Shown here piece by piece: positions 1 to 13,418 of a DNA stretch of 64,000 bases. This stretch comes from Mytilus edulis (lineage: Eukaryota). The first letter of the stretch is position 1; every line of letters begins with the position of its first letter. Below the pieces are notes generated by a model. That model made no database searches and had not been told where the DNA came from. It was given only the letters and a program-made list of their open reading frames with translations. Position numbers and translations under genes: made by a program. Location of the stretch: contig NC_092354.1 in the NCBI RefSeq assembly GCF_963676685.1, forward strand, positions 28,768,001 through 28,832,000, in the 5' to 3' direction.

Positions 1-1533
1 CTCTACTGGAGGACCAGAACCTTTTATTCACTTTTGATGGAATGATCTTGTCTTTGAATAAAGTTCGTGTCAAGATAAATTCCTAGGAGTAGTTGCATCA
101 CTATAGGACTAGTTATAATGTGATGCATTATCATCTTTTCAATGTACCCTGACAAGTCTTTATCAGTTGGCTGAATTAAATTTGCTTCCTGGAAATACAA
201 ATTTCTAATAATTAAGAGCTAAAACTTATCTTTAAACTGTAAACAAATAAATTATCGTCAGTTAATCTTTAAATCGGTTGACATTTCTTCTAAATCTTTT
301 ATTATAACCTAACGCTTTCTGTTGTTTTTAGTTGAGGCAACAAGGTAACCACATGCATTTCTGCATAGGTATTAAAATTGGCCTTGTTTTTTGTTTAACA
401 AATATACCAAAAATATTTCTTATACTGGTACTTTCAGAAGGTGAAAAAGTGAGGTCAAATTCAAATGTGTCATTTCATTTGGTGGTTCATTTTCAATTGT
501 ATAAGCAAACTTTATTTTTTATTTTTTATTTCTTAAACATCAGGGTAGTCTCCTATAACTTCTACTGCTGTTAAGTTATATATTTTGAAATTTGTATTGA
601 AAAAAATAATAATATTAGAATAAATTACTGCCTATGAAATGCATTGATTGATTAATTTAATGTTGGTTGCTTTACGCAGCATTAGCATAAAAAGGCTATA
701 TCGCGGCGAGAGCTTATTCGAATATTTTTACAATTTAAAGCACATTTTTAAAAATAAGACAAAAAGTCCTTCTATATACTAAAATTCTAGACTAAAGCAA
801 ATTGATTATTTACAAATAAAAATCAATTTGAGTAAAATAACGTGATAAAAATTAAAAACAACTTAAATATAATAACATTTTGATATTCTATAATAAATTC
901 CAATTTCTTTTAAAAATGCAACAATATTTGTAAATGGAACATTAATAAATAAATAAAGGTTTAATCACAATGTCTATAGGATAGTTTTAAGTTATGTGTC
1001 CACTCACAACATTTTAAATTATTTGTTCATATAAGTTTGATGTATCTACTGTTGTCCTCTGACGCCGCATCTATCTCTTCTATGTACATATCAGTGGTAT
1101 GTTTCTTGAGTAGTTTTTTAATCATTATACTTGTTCGTGTACCATATTTAAAAAAAATTCTCTGTAATAGTTACGGTCCACAATTACACCGCTTCTTTAT
1201 TAATATTGATATGTTTTAAATTTGCAAAGCTGTTTTTTCCTCACTATTAAACTATATAGACAAATATAAAACGGTACCATAAGGCATTTGATTGAAAAGT
1301 AAATGTCGTCAATTTTATTTGCAATTAAACGATACTGTCTGAGGAGAGATTTGTAAGGGATTTTAGAAAAGTATTTTCACATTGAATTGTCTTACTGTTG
1401 TTAGTTATTTGCCTCAACATTGTTTGGAGATTTGTGAACTATTCGTGAGGAACACAGCATAATCACTCCAAATGTATTTCAACAATCTACATTTCCTTAA
1501 AACCTATACATTTTGTATTTACTCAAAATATAG

Positions 1534-2625
1534 TGTAACGTTTGTGATTCACTTTATTTGGTTCATTTGTTTATTTCATTATTACTATTTTTTTAATTAT
1601 TTTCCCAGAAAGATTGCTCATTATTATTTTATTACTTTCCGATTTTTATTTCATTCATTAAATTTTAGTGACGTAACGAACCTCGCATTAGCATTAAAAA
1701 TGTTTTCCCTTCTCACCCAATCAGAGAGCTCGATTGAATTCCCGGGGAAAATTTAGCTCGTGCAGATATTGTCTGCTAGAAATCATTCTCAGCCCAGATT
1801 TCCAGGTGTATAGATGTAAGGTAAAACGGAGAATTTTTCAACCATGTGCGCGATATTTTTGGAAGTGGTCTCGGTAGGAATCACGCGCTATTTTTTTTTA
1901 TACTATAATTAGTGTATTGAAGAAAGGATGTTCTACAATAGTTTTAAGGTAAGAAGTCCCCCCTCCTATTTTTTTCATGTACATATTTTGAGTGACTAAA
2001 ACTGGCTTGTTTTTTTTTTTATCACGGTTTGCATTGGAGATTTAGCGGAAAACTTTGAATATTTACGTTATGAGGCGTAATTGATTTAGAAAGCGGTCCG
2101 CTGGTTTATTATGAGTTGAGTTTTTGAAAAGTTCTTTGAACTGAATAAAAGTTGTCAGTTGGGGAATAACGAGATTCGGTTAACTGTTCAGCTGTTCAGA
2201 TTGTTAATGTTAAAGTTATTTATAACTTGCGGGTTTAAGCAAGAACAAGTTCGGAGTCATTATTTGTTGACATTCATGTGAGTGACCCAAATCTATGACT
2301 TGAACTTAAGGACAGTAAAGTATTGTAGCGTTAAAAAGCGAAATCCATATGCAGGCCCTGATCAGAACGGCAGAGTGAGTCATTAAAGAAACTAGATACT
2401 GAAAGAAATTATTTTTGGTTTAAGAAATTTTGTTATAGACTGCAGAAATAGACCATTGACTCTCAAACTGTAACAAATTAAATGTGCAGCTGATTCATAT
2501 GCGTGCTGTTTAATAAAAGTTGTATCTTACTGAATTATTTTATTACAGAGAAACGCCTTGTCCCTGGCCTGAATTGACTCTTTGGTTAAAGCTCATCCTG
2601 ATTACTTCCCTTGGTAGTGGTAACA
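1534..2625. mobile_element. Possible solo LTR
   Basis: Begins TGTAAC and ends GGTAACA, with AATAAA near 2513 and a more CpG-rich interior. No matching TSD was found. Confidence 0.3.
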
Positions 2626-2814
2626 ACCTAGATTTTGACCTTCCCGTGAGTCTGAGTTTCATGATGACCTGATTACAGGTTATTTAAGTGAAAGCATAAT
2701 CAGGACAGAAAGAGTCTTATGTTGTTTTAGCTTCCCTATAGGTGTTCTTTTCTGATTCTTATTGCTGGTGTATTTGGTATATAAATCTTAATTCCTTGTT
2801 TGGAAACCCTGAAC

Positions 2815-3170
2815 TAGAAAACAAAATCGGGGTAACAAACTAAAACCGAGGGAAACGCATTAAATATAAGAGGAGAACAACGACATAACATTAAAATGTA
2901 ACACACACAGAAACGGACCGAGCATCAGACAAAATCCCACGAGAATAAAAAATATAACATCAAAACCAAATACATGAATTTGGGATAGACAAGTACCGTG
3001 ACACGTCTTATCGCAATGTGAGTTTAAACTAAAAAATAAGAGAAAACAAACGACATCACGTTAAAATGTTATACAAACAGAAACGAACTATATTATAACA
3101 ATGGCCATATTCCTGACTTGGTACAGTCATTTTTAAAGGAAAAAATGGTGGGTTGACCCTGGTGTTGTGG
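2815..3170. repeat. Dispersed repeat sharing a 3' motif with the 42030-42240 and 47993-48566 copies
   Basis: Motif catattcctgacttggtacag followed by a g(g/t)tgg(g/a)ttga(c/a)cctggt variant recurs near 3110, 42150 and 48110. Confidence 0.6.
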
Positions 3171-6100
3171 TTAGCACGGAGCTTGGGATTGCTGACTTGT
3201 GTATTTCAACTACAGCTTCTAAGGTTTGTTGAATCTTTTCTTGGGGAGCAATTGGCGTCACATGTGTGGTTAGTGGACGAACTGGACCAGAGTTGTTTGG
3301 AACACTTTCCACGCTAGTCAAAACCCATTTAAGAGGGTGTACATCATTTGTTGATTGGCCTTTGTTGTTCCTGTCAAATTCATCTGAAGGGCTTAACGCT
3401 TCTTAGGGAATGGCTAATGTATTTCAGTGGTTAATTCCTGTTGTATTAAACCCCGCTACTATGGTAACTCTTGTAAATGCCTTCTCATATGCCTGTTTAC
3501 TTAATGTAGGGGCTGATTCCTTGTTGACTGTTGGGGTCACATCACATGTACACAGGTATCAATACCTTCATTAGAGGACCAAACATTTTCGGTCAAGAGG
3601 ACACAAGAAATGTGTGGTATGGGGATGGAAATACAAGAACCTCTATTATGTTGGCAAGAGATGCTTCTAGCTGTCCCAATGTCTCGTATGAGTGATATGA
3701 TTTGCGATTCTCGCATCGGGAGTATTTAAACTCGGTATTTCCGTATAAGTATTCAACTCGTCAGAGAATTCAGTATTTTGGTGGATACTAGTGTACAGGT
3801 TTTTTATTGTTGAAGGCCAAATTATGTAAAATTACTTAAATCCATGATAACTGTTGAAGAGTTGTTTTATTGCAAATAATGGTCCTTCTTGAAAGACTAG
3901 ATAACATAATATGCTCTGTTCAATAGAAATAAACTTTATGCAACTGGATGTCTGTTATCCTATTTTGGCTTAAATCCAGGATCACTGAACACGATTATGA
4001 CCCGTGTATATAGCAAAATCCTAAATACAACGTTTGGTGGTGCGCCTGTCAAATGCGGAACGTACAGATAAGGTAATAGCTAACATGTGAATATACTTTT
4101 GGTATCGGTATCGGATTCGACCCGGAACTTGTTAATTATTGGCAATATTAATTATGTAGAAAACAAGGGTCTGGAGTGGTGTAATTTTTAATCTACACCA
4201 TTGTCCTATATTAGTTCTATATAGAGTTGAATTCTTTGATTTGTCGTTTTTACCCGATGACGGCTGACAAATTGGACCTCGTAATTTTAGTATTATAGAT
4301 ACAACTGTTAATAAATATTAGAAAATAATGGATCATACGACCGATTTAAGGTTACATAAAAAACATTCGCAGCTACATTAAGGCCGTTTTTACACTACTT
4401 GGGACAAGGGCAGATAACTCTTCACTATCTCATTAAATATTCATGCGTCGTTCTTGCTGCGCCGCCATGATCGACCTGAAAAATGTCCAGTTCACCAATA
4501 CTTGATGAAACGACGTTGCAACAACTAATTCGTTAGGGTGTAGAAAGGTTCAAATCAGGGTAATTAGCAAAAAAATGTACATTATAATGAATAATTATTG
4601 CGATTTACACGATTTTCTAACGAGTACTTAGTCCCGCCCTCAATCCGAAACTATCGGATTCTTTTAGAAGCTTGCATCCGGTTATTTCTCGAGCACCTGT
4701 CTGGCTACGTAAAACTAGAAAATATGGACAGTTGTACGGAAATTTTGTCATTTAAGCCAATAATTTGGTAAGAATTATCATCAGGTTATTTCAAAAACAT
4801 CATTTGACTGGTATTTATTTTGTTATTTGTCGAATTTTGTCATCCGCATGGCAGCATATGCCTCGGACATGGCCGGATTATAAAAAAAACTCGTGTAGAC
4901 ATTCATTTCGGTTAAAACAGAAGTTATACTTTCTCATTCGTCTCATTTTATCATTATTTAATTAATTTGATGTATGATGTTCAGTATGCACGGTAAATTT
5001 CCTTTACAAAGTGATAATAGTACAAAAAGGGGGGATGGGTGGGCTACAAGTTCATATAATAACTGCATATACATTGTCCCCACAGCTACACACAGGGAAA
5101 ATGATATCTGTAAGCAGCTATGTAGACAGGCTTGTTTGTGGCTCAGTCTGTCTTTGATCTTGTTTGCACCTAATATTTTTCACATATGGCCCAAAATTTA
5201 TTTGCTACTGCAGTGCAACCAATAAAACTGATAACTAGACATCACTTAAGCTCCTTTATATGTTCAATGACACCACAAGACAAAATATCTGACACAAGGA
5301 ATACGGTTGAGAAGTGATAGTTGTATGAGGTCAATAGTTCCAGTTATGCATCATCATTTAATATAAATTTGTAAAAAGCTTGTTGGATTGTTATGTATAC
5401 TAGTACATGTAAGCTTTAACCAAGGAAGGTTTTATGCAAGGAAAACATGCAAGACACTGACATATTCTGTATGTACCTGGTTACAAGTTATTTAATTCAG
5501 TGGTTGTTTGCTACTGTACAATATATTTTTTTGTTTGTTTACTATATTGATACTTTGAATCAGGAACATATGATGGGACTTGACACTACCTGATTGTAAT
5601 CGCTTATATTGTCGTGACGAGTTAATAAGGATGCTATACAGAAACACACGTGTTAAAAATGTACTCCCCATTATCCTAATAATTTTATATGATATCAATG
5701 AAGCGTCATTCAAGCTACTTTTACATGTATAGTGATGCCAGTGTGTGAAACTCTGTGTCTTCAAATTCATTAAAATTGCATTCAACTTATCACAAAATAT
5801 ATACATGAACATGAACAGAATGTAAAAAAGGTAATAAAAAAATGGCAGCGATTGCCGCGATGATTAAAAAATTCTAAAACCTTTATAAAACACTTCACTT
5901 GTAAAAAATCTATTTTATTTTGATCAGCAAATCAATAACAACAACATAAGTAGAGGTAAAACATTTTAACTGGTCAGTCTTCTAGTGAACCATACATCAT
6001 AAAAGGGAAAGATTGTACGTTCACCGATTTTATTGGTGAATACACTTCGCTTCCTTAAGCAAAGCGCCCCCTAGCGACTCAACACGAGGAAGTTTGGCAG

Positions 6101-7310
6101 TATTTGTTTCAAAGTAGCTTATTTCAGTTTAAACTTCATAACTTAACCTCGTATTGAATCATGAGCAGAACTCGCACAATACTACACAAATTTTATAAAA
6201 ACTCCCCAATTTCTTAAAAACTATTGATATAAACATTAAAGAATATATTTTCTTGAGTAATTGCAAATAAGTTAATTTAGATTGCTTAAATTACCCCCGG
6301 TAGAGATTATTATCTATATGTTATTGCAAGTTCTTTCCTTTTAGATTGCATTTGAAACATAAATGAACTGAAAAGTGTACTTGAATGAAAAAAGAAAGAT
6401 TTCTGAAATTTGTACATCTTTTTATTTTTCTTAAATTTATTATAAAAAGCATTTTCTTTTTTTGAGTTTATAAGTGCAATTTACATGTAAACAACTATTG
6501 ACCTAGTTCACTGTACAAGTTAAATTCAGATTTTTGTTTTATTCTACAGTTTAACATACATTTTTGCCCCCTCCCACAATTGGTATGATGATTAACCTTT
6601 AAGTTAAGAATATGTAAAGGATAGAAAAAAATGGTCATTAATGGCATCAATATGTAATATTGAAAAAGAGTTATGCTCCTGGCTTTTAATTAAAAAACTA
6701 AATAAAACCTAAACATTCCTAAAGCCAATTAAGGAATGAAAAGAAAACATAAATTCATGCAGGTAACATAAACAGACATTCATGTAATAACATCATTCCT
6801 CTTCAGTTAATCATAATAATAATATTAATCATTTTAAAGTACTGAAAGTTTATTTCTTTATTTTCTCATGCTGTTTGCTAAATATTCTTGTAATGAAATT
6901 TTGCCTGTCATTTACTTGTTATAAATCCTAAACTATAATCTTGTAAATTGTTATAGAAATGTTCTAAAAAAGTAGAATAAATTCTTATTTATTAATATAC
7001 ATGTATTCTCTTTGTTTAGTCACCAATTTAGAATGATCTCCCTTTTCCATAGGATTGTTTGGATATTTATGATAAATTGCATTTTAATGACATGATAAAT
7101 GTGATGTCTTTGTATAATCTGTGAAACAAATTAATAAAATAAAATAAAAAAGAAGTTGAACACCATGCAAAGAAATATATTACTCAACAGAATAATACAT
7201 ACATGCACATTTTTTGTAAATATACATGCAAATGAAAGTTTTGTTTTAGTTGCATATATTACATGTAATTGGTCTATCTTCCACATACAATATTTGTTAT
7301 GTATTTCTAA

Positions 7311-8396
7311 GGCCACACCAATTTAATTCCTAATTCGACGTACCCGCCCGCACCTATTTTTTTTTTAAACAGAATTTTTTTTATTTTTATTATATTCCCG
7401 CATCCGGAAATGTAATCATGTACATTTCCCGCACCGTTTTTTTGTAAAAATTATAAAAAGATCTCAACATTTGTTTTCAAAATCATAGTATAACCTTTAT
7501 ATAACGATTTTAAACCTATAAGCACCCCACAACACTGATAATATCTGTGAGAATATTTGTTTCAGCATGAAACCAATTTATTCCAAGCGGGAGTGCTCCG
7601 ATATAAATATATAGCAGCAGAAATACCTATACAGAACAAAACATTGGTTTCTTTCCCCCACACTTATATTCCCTATCAAAAAATGTTCGTTGTTAAAAAT
7701 AAAGTACAAAGAACTTCTGAAGGATTTACTGCAACTGCAATTATGATGTATGCTGACGGTCATACCCGCTGCAGGTTTGTGCACCTGTCTTGATTGATTC
7801 AGGGACCTGTCGTTCAGCAGTTATCGTTTGTTGATGTGGTTCATAATTCATTGGTAATTTCTCGTTTGGAAATATAAATTAGATCGTAGGTTTTCCTGTT
7901 TAATTGTGTACAATACTAAGTTGTGGTACCTTATGGCTTGCTGTTTGGTCTGGATCAAAGCTCTGTGTTAAAGGCCGTACTTTGACCTATGTTTGTTATT
8001 ATCAGGTTATCCCTCAGCATTAAAGGGGTCATTTTACCATGTTTACTGATGTAGAAAAGAAAATAGAAATACTAAGGATTGGTATAGTGCTAGCTACTAT
8101 ACAAAACCTTTGAAAACTTAATTTTTTTTACTCAAAAAGAGGAGAAATACATTATATTTTAAACAACTTTTCTAAAAGAGGGGTCCACTTATTTTGAACA
8201 ATATTAAACTATTAAAGTAAATGTGTTAACATGGTTAAAGTCCAGAAATATAACAAACATGACAAAATTCTTGGACATGTTTAAACCATCTCATACCATA
8301 TAGATATTATAGTTCTTTGGGAAAATATTAGCCCTTTTGTACTTAAAGAGTTTTTACAAAAAAATCCGTAGAACAAGAAATTAAATTGGTGTGGCC
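7311..8396. mobile_element. PIF/Harbinger-type MITE (non-autonomous)
   Basis: TIRs ggccacaccaatttaatt / aattaaattggtgtggcc, flanked by a 3-bp TAA duplication (7308-7310, 8397-8399). No coding capacity. Confidence 0.8.
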
Positions 8397-8782
8397 TAAT
8401 ATGTATATTTTTAAAAGTTTTAAATGCATCGATCTACATTATTTGAACTTTTCTGGAGTTTGTTTTATATTGGCTAAAGTGAGAAAATTGAAATTTAATT
8501 TAACATAATATATTAAAAATAATATTTCTGTTTTTGAAATAATTCTTGAGTCAGAAAATACTTATACATGTGCTTAGTATAGAGGTAAATATGAAATATT
8601 ACTTGCCATTAGATCTACCTATATGTATGATTGCTTGTTACTATAACTACATGTACATAGTAGTTCATATACATTTACAATGTACTTACCAATCAGAAAG
8701 AGCGAGTCCGTTTGAGTGACTACAGATACATGTTTATATCCTTTATTTAACTGTTCAAAGAGAAATGTAAAAATTGTTAATT

Positions 8783-9078
8783 AAAATTTATAGTTTCCAT
8801 TGTGCCAAGGCGACCAAGAAAATGATAACACTGTGGCTACTAAGGAAACGCCCATCCTAAAGATTCCATGTGAACCAAATTATTTAAATTTAAAGTTTCC
8901 TTGGTGTCAAGGCGACCAAAAATGCGATAACACCTTGACGCCCAAGGAAACACCCATCCGAAAGCTCCCATGTACACCAAATTATTGAAATTTAAAGTTC
9001 CCTTGGTGTCAAGGCGACCAAAAATACGATAACACCTTAACGCCCAAGGAAACACCCATCCGAAATCTCCCATATTCA
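8783..9078. repeat. Tandem repeat, 102-bp period, ~2.8 copies, each with an internal inverted repeat
   Basis: Units start near 8793, 8895 and 8997. Each has gtttccttggtgtcaagg...ccttgacgcccaaggaaac arms (most degenerate in unit 1). Confidence 0.85.
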
Positions 9079-9088
9079 AAACACATTA

Positions 9089-9372
9089 TTAAAAATGTTT
9101 AAAACCCCATTTTTGCATCAGCATTTCAGCCTTTGTTTTCTTTTCTTGTAAAGTTGGATCCTGCAGTTCCTCCAGCTGTTTTTTGGTGTTGTTATGGAAG
9201 CTTTTTATTGCCATTTGTAGTTTTGCCAGTGCAGTCTCATAGCTTTGAAGATAGTTTCTATTGGCAGGATAAAGACTGTTCAGGCGTTTAAGTTTCTTGC
9301 AGTTGTTTACGTCATCAGTCTTTCCAAGTATCTCCTCTGCTATTTCAGTATCCAATCTTTCCTTTTTGTTGT
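9089..9372 (-). CDS. Probable terminal exon of an unknown helical protein
   Basis: Open frame (DTEIAEEILGK...KAEMLMQKWGFKHF) preceded by a tatttag acceptor on the minus strand. Upstream exons not identified. Confidence 0.4.
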
Positions 9373-10400
9373 CTAAATATAGAACGAAATGTTGTTTTGT
9401 TAGATAAAAAATAGTCGTCCCTGTGTGAAATGATATTTATGATTGAAGTACAAACTATTTCTAAAAGTTAAATAGATGCAAAAAGGTGGAGTATGAGTGC
9501 AAATGAGACAACTATCCATCCAAGTCTCAATTTAAAAGTATACAGTAAATCATTTAATTTCAAAGTACGGCCTTTAATACAGACCCTTGGCTCACACCAA
9601 ACAGCAAGCTATAAAAGTCTAAATTTCTATAGAAAATTCTTTTAATTTGGAAAACCAATGTCTAATTTATTTAAAAAATAAGAGACAATAAAAAATGCAT
9701 TATAACATTGTATTATATATATCCTTACTTTTGAAAATTTATACATGAACGCTTATTAATTATAAAGTAACTTCTACTCTCAGGTAATGATCAAGTATTT
9801 GTGATAGCAGTTGAAATAAAGGTGACCATATACCAATGTTCAAAAAGGAAAGGTAGAGTAAAATATTTGGATCATTCTTACATGTAAGTAAGAATGAAGA
9901 ATTGTTTTTTTTTTATTTTTCCTACTGTATTTTGCATGTTTTATCAAGTTTATTGTTTATAGATGCAAACCGCTTACCAGTTACTAGTCGATATATATTT
10001 TCATTTCACACAGTGTGTACTGATTTTATATTGTATGATCAGTGCCGTGTGTGTATTGGTAATTATACGAACTATTTCAACTAAGATTGTTACAGATTTG
10101 TTAAATATTCAAATATGTGTCAACTTTTTAATTACAATCCAAATTCAGAGCTTTGCTAAACTTGAATGTTGTGTCCATTCATGCACAAATGTTCAGAGTT
10201 CGACCTCTGCACGTGAAAGGGTGAACAAGAACTCACTAACTGACAGATGGCCAATATTTCTACTTTGCCTGCAAATCATGGCACGGAGGATAAGTATTGC
10301 CATTTCACTGAAAGATACAACATATTTTTTGCAGCTGTTGAATTAAGACAAATGTGTTGGTTTAAATCAAGAAGGAAATACTTACTGCAGCTAGAGATCT

Positions 10401-11150
10401 TTGCAGAAAAGTTCTGGAAACGGACATTGTCGATGTGTCAAGATTGACCCACCTAGCTCCAAGAGATTCCTCTGGAGTGGAAGCAAGGACTCATTGGTGT
10501 TGGTGTTGCACTTTGTGGCTGAACATATTGAGTTGGAGATATCCTGTGAGTGTACTGCAAGTTGGACGGACCAGCCAGAGAAGACATAGACGGACCAACC
10601 GGAGAAGACCTTGATGGACCAGCCAGAGGAGATTGATTGATTGATTGTTTGTTGCTTAACGTCCAGTGGCAAATATTTCATGCATATTCAGGACGAGAAC
10701 AAGTTCACAATAAATACTATAGGAGTATATTGGATAGGAACAGAAATTTTGCCTTGCAACAGGCCACCTACGGACCCCTCAAAGAGTTGTTGCAAGGGTT
10801 CTTGACGTGCAAAGAGCGTGGCACTCTCTTTACACGAGGCATCGGATTTAACGTCCCCAGTCTGACCGGACGTGACGGCGAACTTGATACATCCCGCACA
10901 GCCAAACGGACGTCCCACTTTGGCTAGCGTTTTACTGCCGGTCGGAAGAAGACCAAGTGACCATATTTCTATACCCCAGTCACCCTTAGGGGTGCCAGAG
11001 GAGACATATTATGTGCAGGTGTTGATGTTAGCTGATTATTTCTTATTTGCTGAGTATGGACTTCAGGAGCAGATATTTGAGGATCTGGAAGTTCCATTGA
11101 ATCACTATCTGAACTTGAAGATGTCTCTAAAGTTGGTACAAATAGAATAA
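10401..11150 (+). pseudogene. Degraded ORF with TDQPEKT repeats, split by a SINE-like insertion
   Basis: Removing 10633-10993 plus one TSD joins ...MDQPEE to TYYVQVLMLADYFLFAEYG... An internal stop lies within the 24-bp repeats. Confidence 0.4.
10633..10993 (-). mobile_element. SINE-like retroposon (MetaSINE-like core, (CAAT)n tail)
   Basis: 11-bp TSD gccagaggaga (10622-10632, 10994-11004), simple-repeat tail and core gcacgt(t/c)aagaaccc. Related copies or fragments lie at 13725, 18640, 34840-35535, 44246-44520, 52627 and 58927. Confidence 0.75.
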
Positions 11151-11454
11151 AATATCTATAGAGTACAAAATTTTAATTCAGAGACAACTGGAGCTACTTT
11201 ACCTAGGCATCAACAATTTAAATTCCAAGGGAAGTAGGGTAGTCATGGTTTATGTCTCATGGAGACAGAATTTCTCTATACACTATAAGGTATGTAGACA
11301 ATCTGGATTCAGATTGGTTTTTTTTGTCATCTGCTCGACCAGCATATTTTTTTATGGAATTGGGGACGAGAATATTTAAATAAAATAAATAAAGGAAAGA
11401 TTTTAAATTGAAAATTATATGAAATACGACTGTATATACCACTTTTCTTTCTGC

Positions 11455-11775
11455 AATAGAGAAGAAATACTTAAATTGTACAATGATGTATCTATATCTT
11501 TTTAAAAATACGGGACAGATTCAAGATCAGTATATACTGCTATTATTACTGAATTATAAAATAATTATACAATGGTAGATAGTAAAATTCACAAATACGT
11601 GACAGAATCAAGATCAATATATACTACTTTTCTTTATGAAATAGAGAAGAAATACTTGAATTATACAATGATGTATCTATAACTTTTTAAAAATACGGGA
11701 CAGTTTCAAGATCAGTATATACTACTTTTTTAGATACGCGGCAGATTCAAGATCAGTATATAGTACTATTTTAGA
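11455..11775. repeat. Degenerate local tandem repeat
   Basis: cag(a/t)ttcaagatcagtatata(c/g)t-like motif occurs four times; a longer atagagaagaaatactt...aaaaatacgggacag block occurs twice. Confidence 0.65.
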
Positions 11776-11800
11776 TTTTAAAAATGATAACTAATAAATA

Positions 11801-13418
11801 TGTAACACTGAGAAACGTGTCCTTCCCCCCAAACGTGTCCGATTCCCCCAAACATGTCTAGTTGAAAACTGTGCCAAAGCGTGTCATTTGTATAAACGCC
11901 CAAACGTGTCCTTTTCTCAACTAATCCCCAAACGTGTCCAATCCCCAAAACGTGTCCATATCAAGCGTTATTTGGTTATTGCTATTTCATTAACGTATAC
12001 TAATTTTACCATTTCATTAAAAATATACATAGGACGTTAGTACTTTTTCAAAACGGAAGAATTAAATTGGCTTAAAGTGGGGGCGTCATTTCTGCTATTT
12101 CGTTTGTAAATTGTAAGCAAACATGTTGAGTTAAACAGTACAGTTAACGGGTCAAAGTGTCCCTTTCTCTGCGCGTTAAAACTTTAATGTTCTCTCTAAT
12201 TATGCATGAAATACTGACAACTGGACAATTCGCAATCAACAGCCTAAAGTTAATTTATTCAGTAGAACTGAAAAAAAAACCCATTAAAACTTGTATGTTT
12301 TCTCTAATTTGCATGAAATACTTGCAACTGGACAATATGCAACCAGCAGTCTAGAGTTTATCTTAACAAAAGAACAGTAAAAACATTAAAACATGTATGT
12401 TAAAATGTAAAAAAAAAAAAAAAAAAAAAAAAACAGGTAGCCTATGTTCTCTCTAAATGGAACTGCAAAAACATTAAAACTTGTATGTTCTCTCTAAATA
12501 TGCATGACATACTTGCAACTGGACAATACGCGATCATCAGTTTAAAGTTTAGTTTAAAGTTAATGTGTACAGTACAACTGTAAAAACATTAAAACTTGCG
12601 AAACTATTGTGCGCTCTAAATATGCATAAAGTACTTGCAACTGGACAATACGTAATCAACATTCTAAAGTTTATTTATACACTACAAAATAAATTTGCAT
12701 TTAAAACCGGCGTTGATCACATAACAGTAATGTGTATAAAAAAATAAAGAATCTATAAAACTTGTGCATGAAATATTTGGCACTGGACGTTATGTTTCTT
12801 ATCGTGTGTCTTTAGTGATGGTGGAAACCTAAAATTTATTAAAAACCCGGAAAATAAGTTTATAATTTGATGGGCTTTTGAAATACACACAAACTATTGA
12901 CAAAAGTAAAAAAAATACTGTTAAAACCCCGCCATGCAATATTCGGATAAATATAAAAGGCATCATCGGAGTTTATAAGTACAAAATAATTAACAAAGTT
13001 AACGATTAATTCAACTCCAGAACTATGTGTATGTTCGCTCTAAACGAATATGAAATACTTGCAACTGGACAATAAACAACTGCAGTCAAAGTTACTTAAT
13101 AATAACAGATTAATTTTGCAATTATTATAATCATTAAAAACCTACATCGAACTAACTAAATCGGATAAATGACATCTTCATCACGTGTGTCTCCCATCAT
13201 AGAATTGCCGTAAACGTTATCAGCGATTTTATTTAAAAAAAGCGCTAAAAGACATGTAACGTTTTGGCGTTAAATATTGGACACGTTTTGGCGAATAACA
13301 ATTATCGGACACGTTTGGGGGTTATAAATCGGACACGTTTGGGAAATATTGTACATTTCGGACACGTTTAGGGAGAAAAGACACGTTTGGGGGAAAGGAC
13401 ACGTTTGGGAGTGTTACA
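11801..13418. mobile_element. Non-autonomous TIR element with TGT...ACA ends (Ginger-like) and internal tandem repeats
   Basis: TIR tgtaacact...aaacgtgtcc / ggacacgttt...agtgttaca, subterminal arrays of aaacgtgtcc at both ends, and a 4-bp AATA TSD (11797-11800, 13419-13422). Internal ~110-bp repeats contain gcatgaaatacttgcaactggacaat. Confidence 0.8.

Noticed and set aside
720-1530. Possible decayed LINE 3' end on the minus strand
   Set aside because: Only vague Cys-rich traces are visible; there is no reconstructable RT motif.
332-7793. Numerous 60-110 aa ORFs
   Set aside because: Their F/I/L/Y/K-rich composition is expected from AT-rich non-coding DNA, and they have no motifs or splice support.
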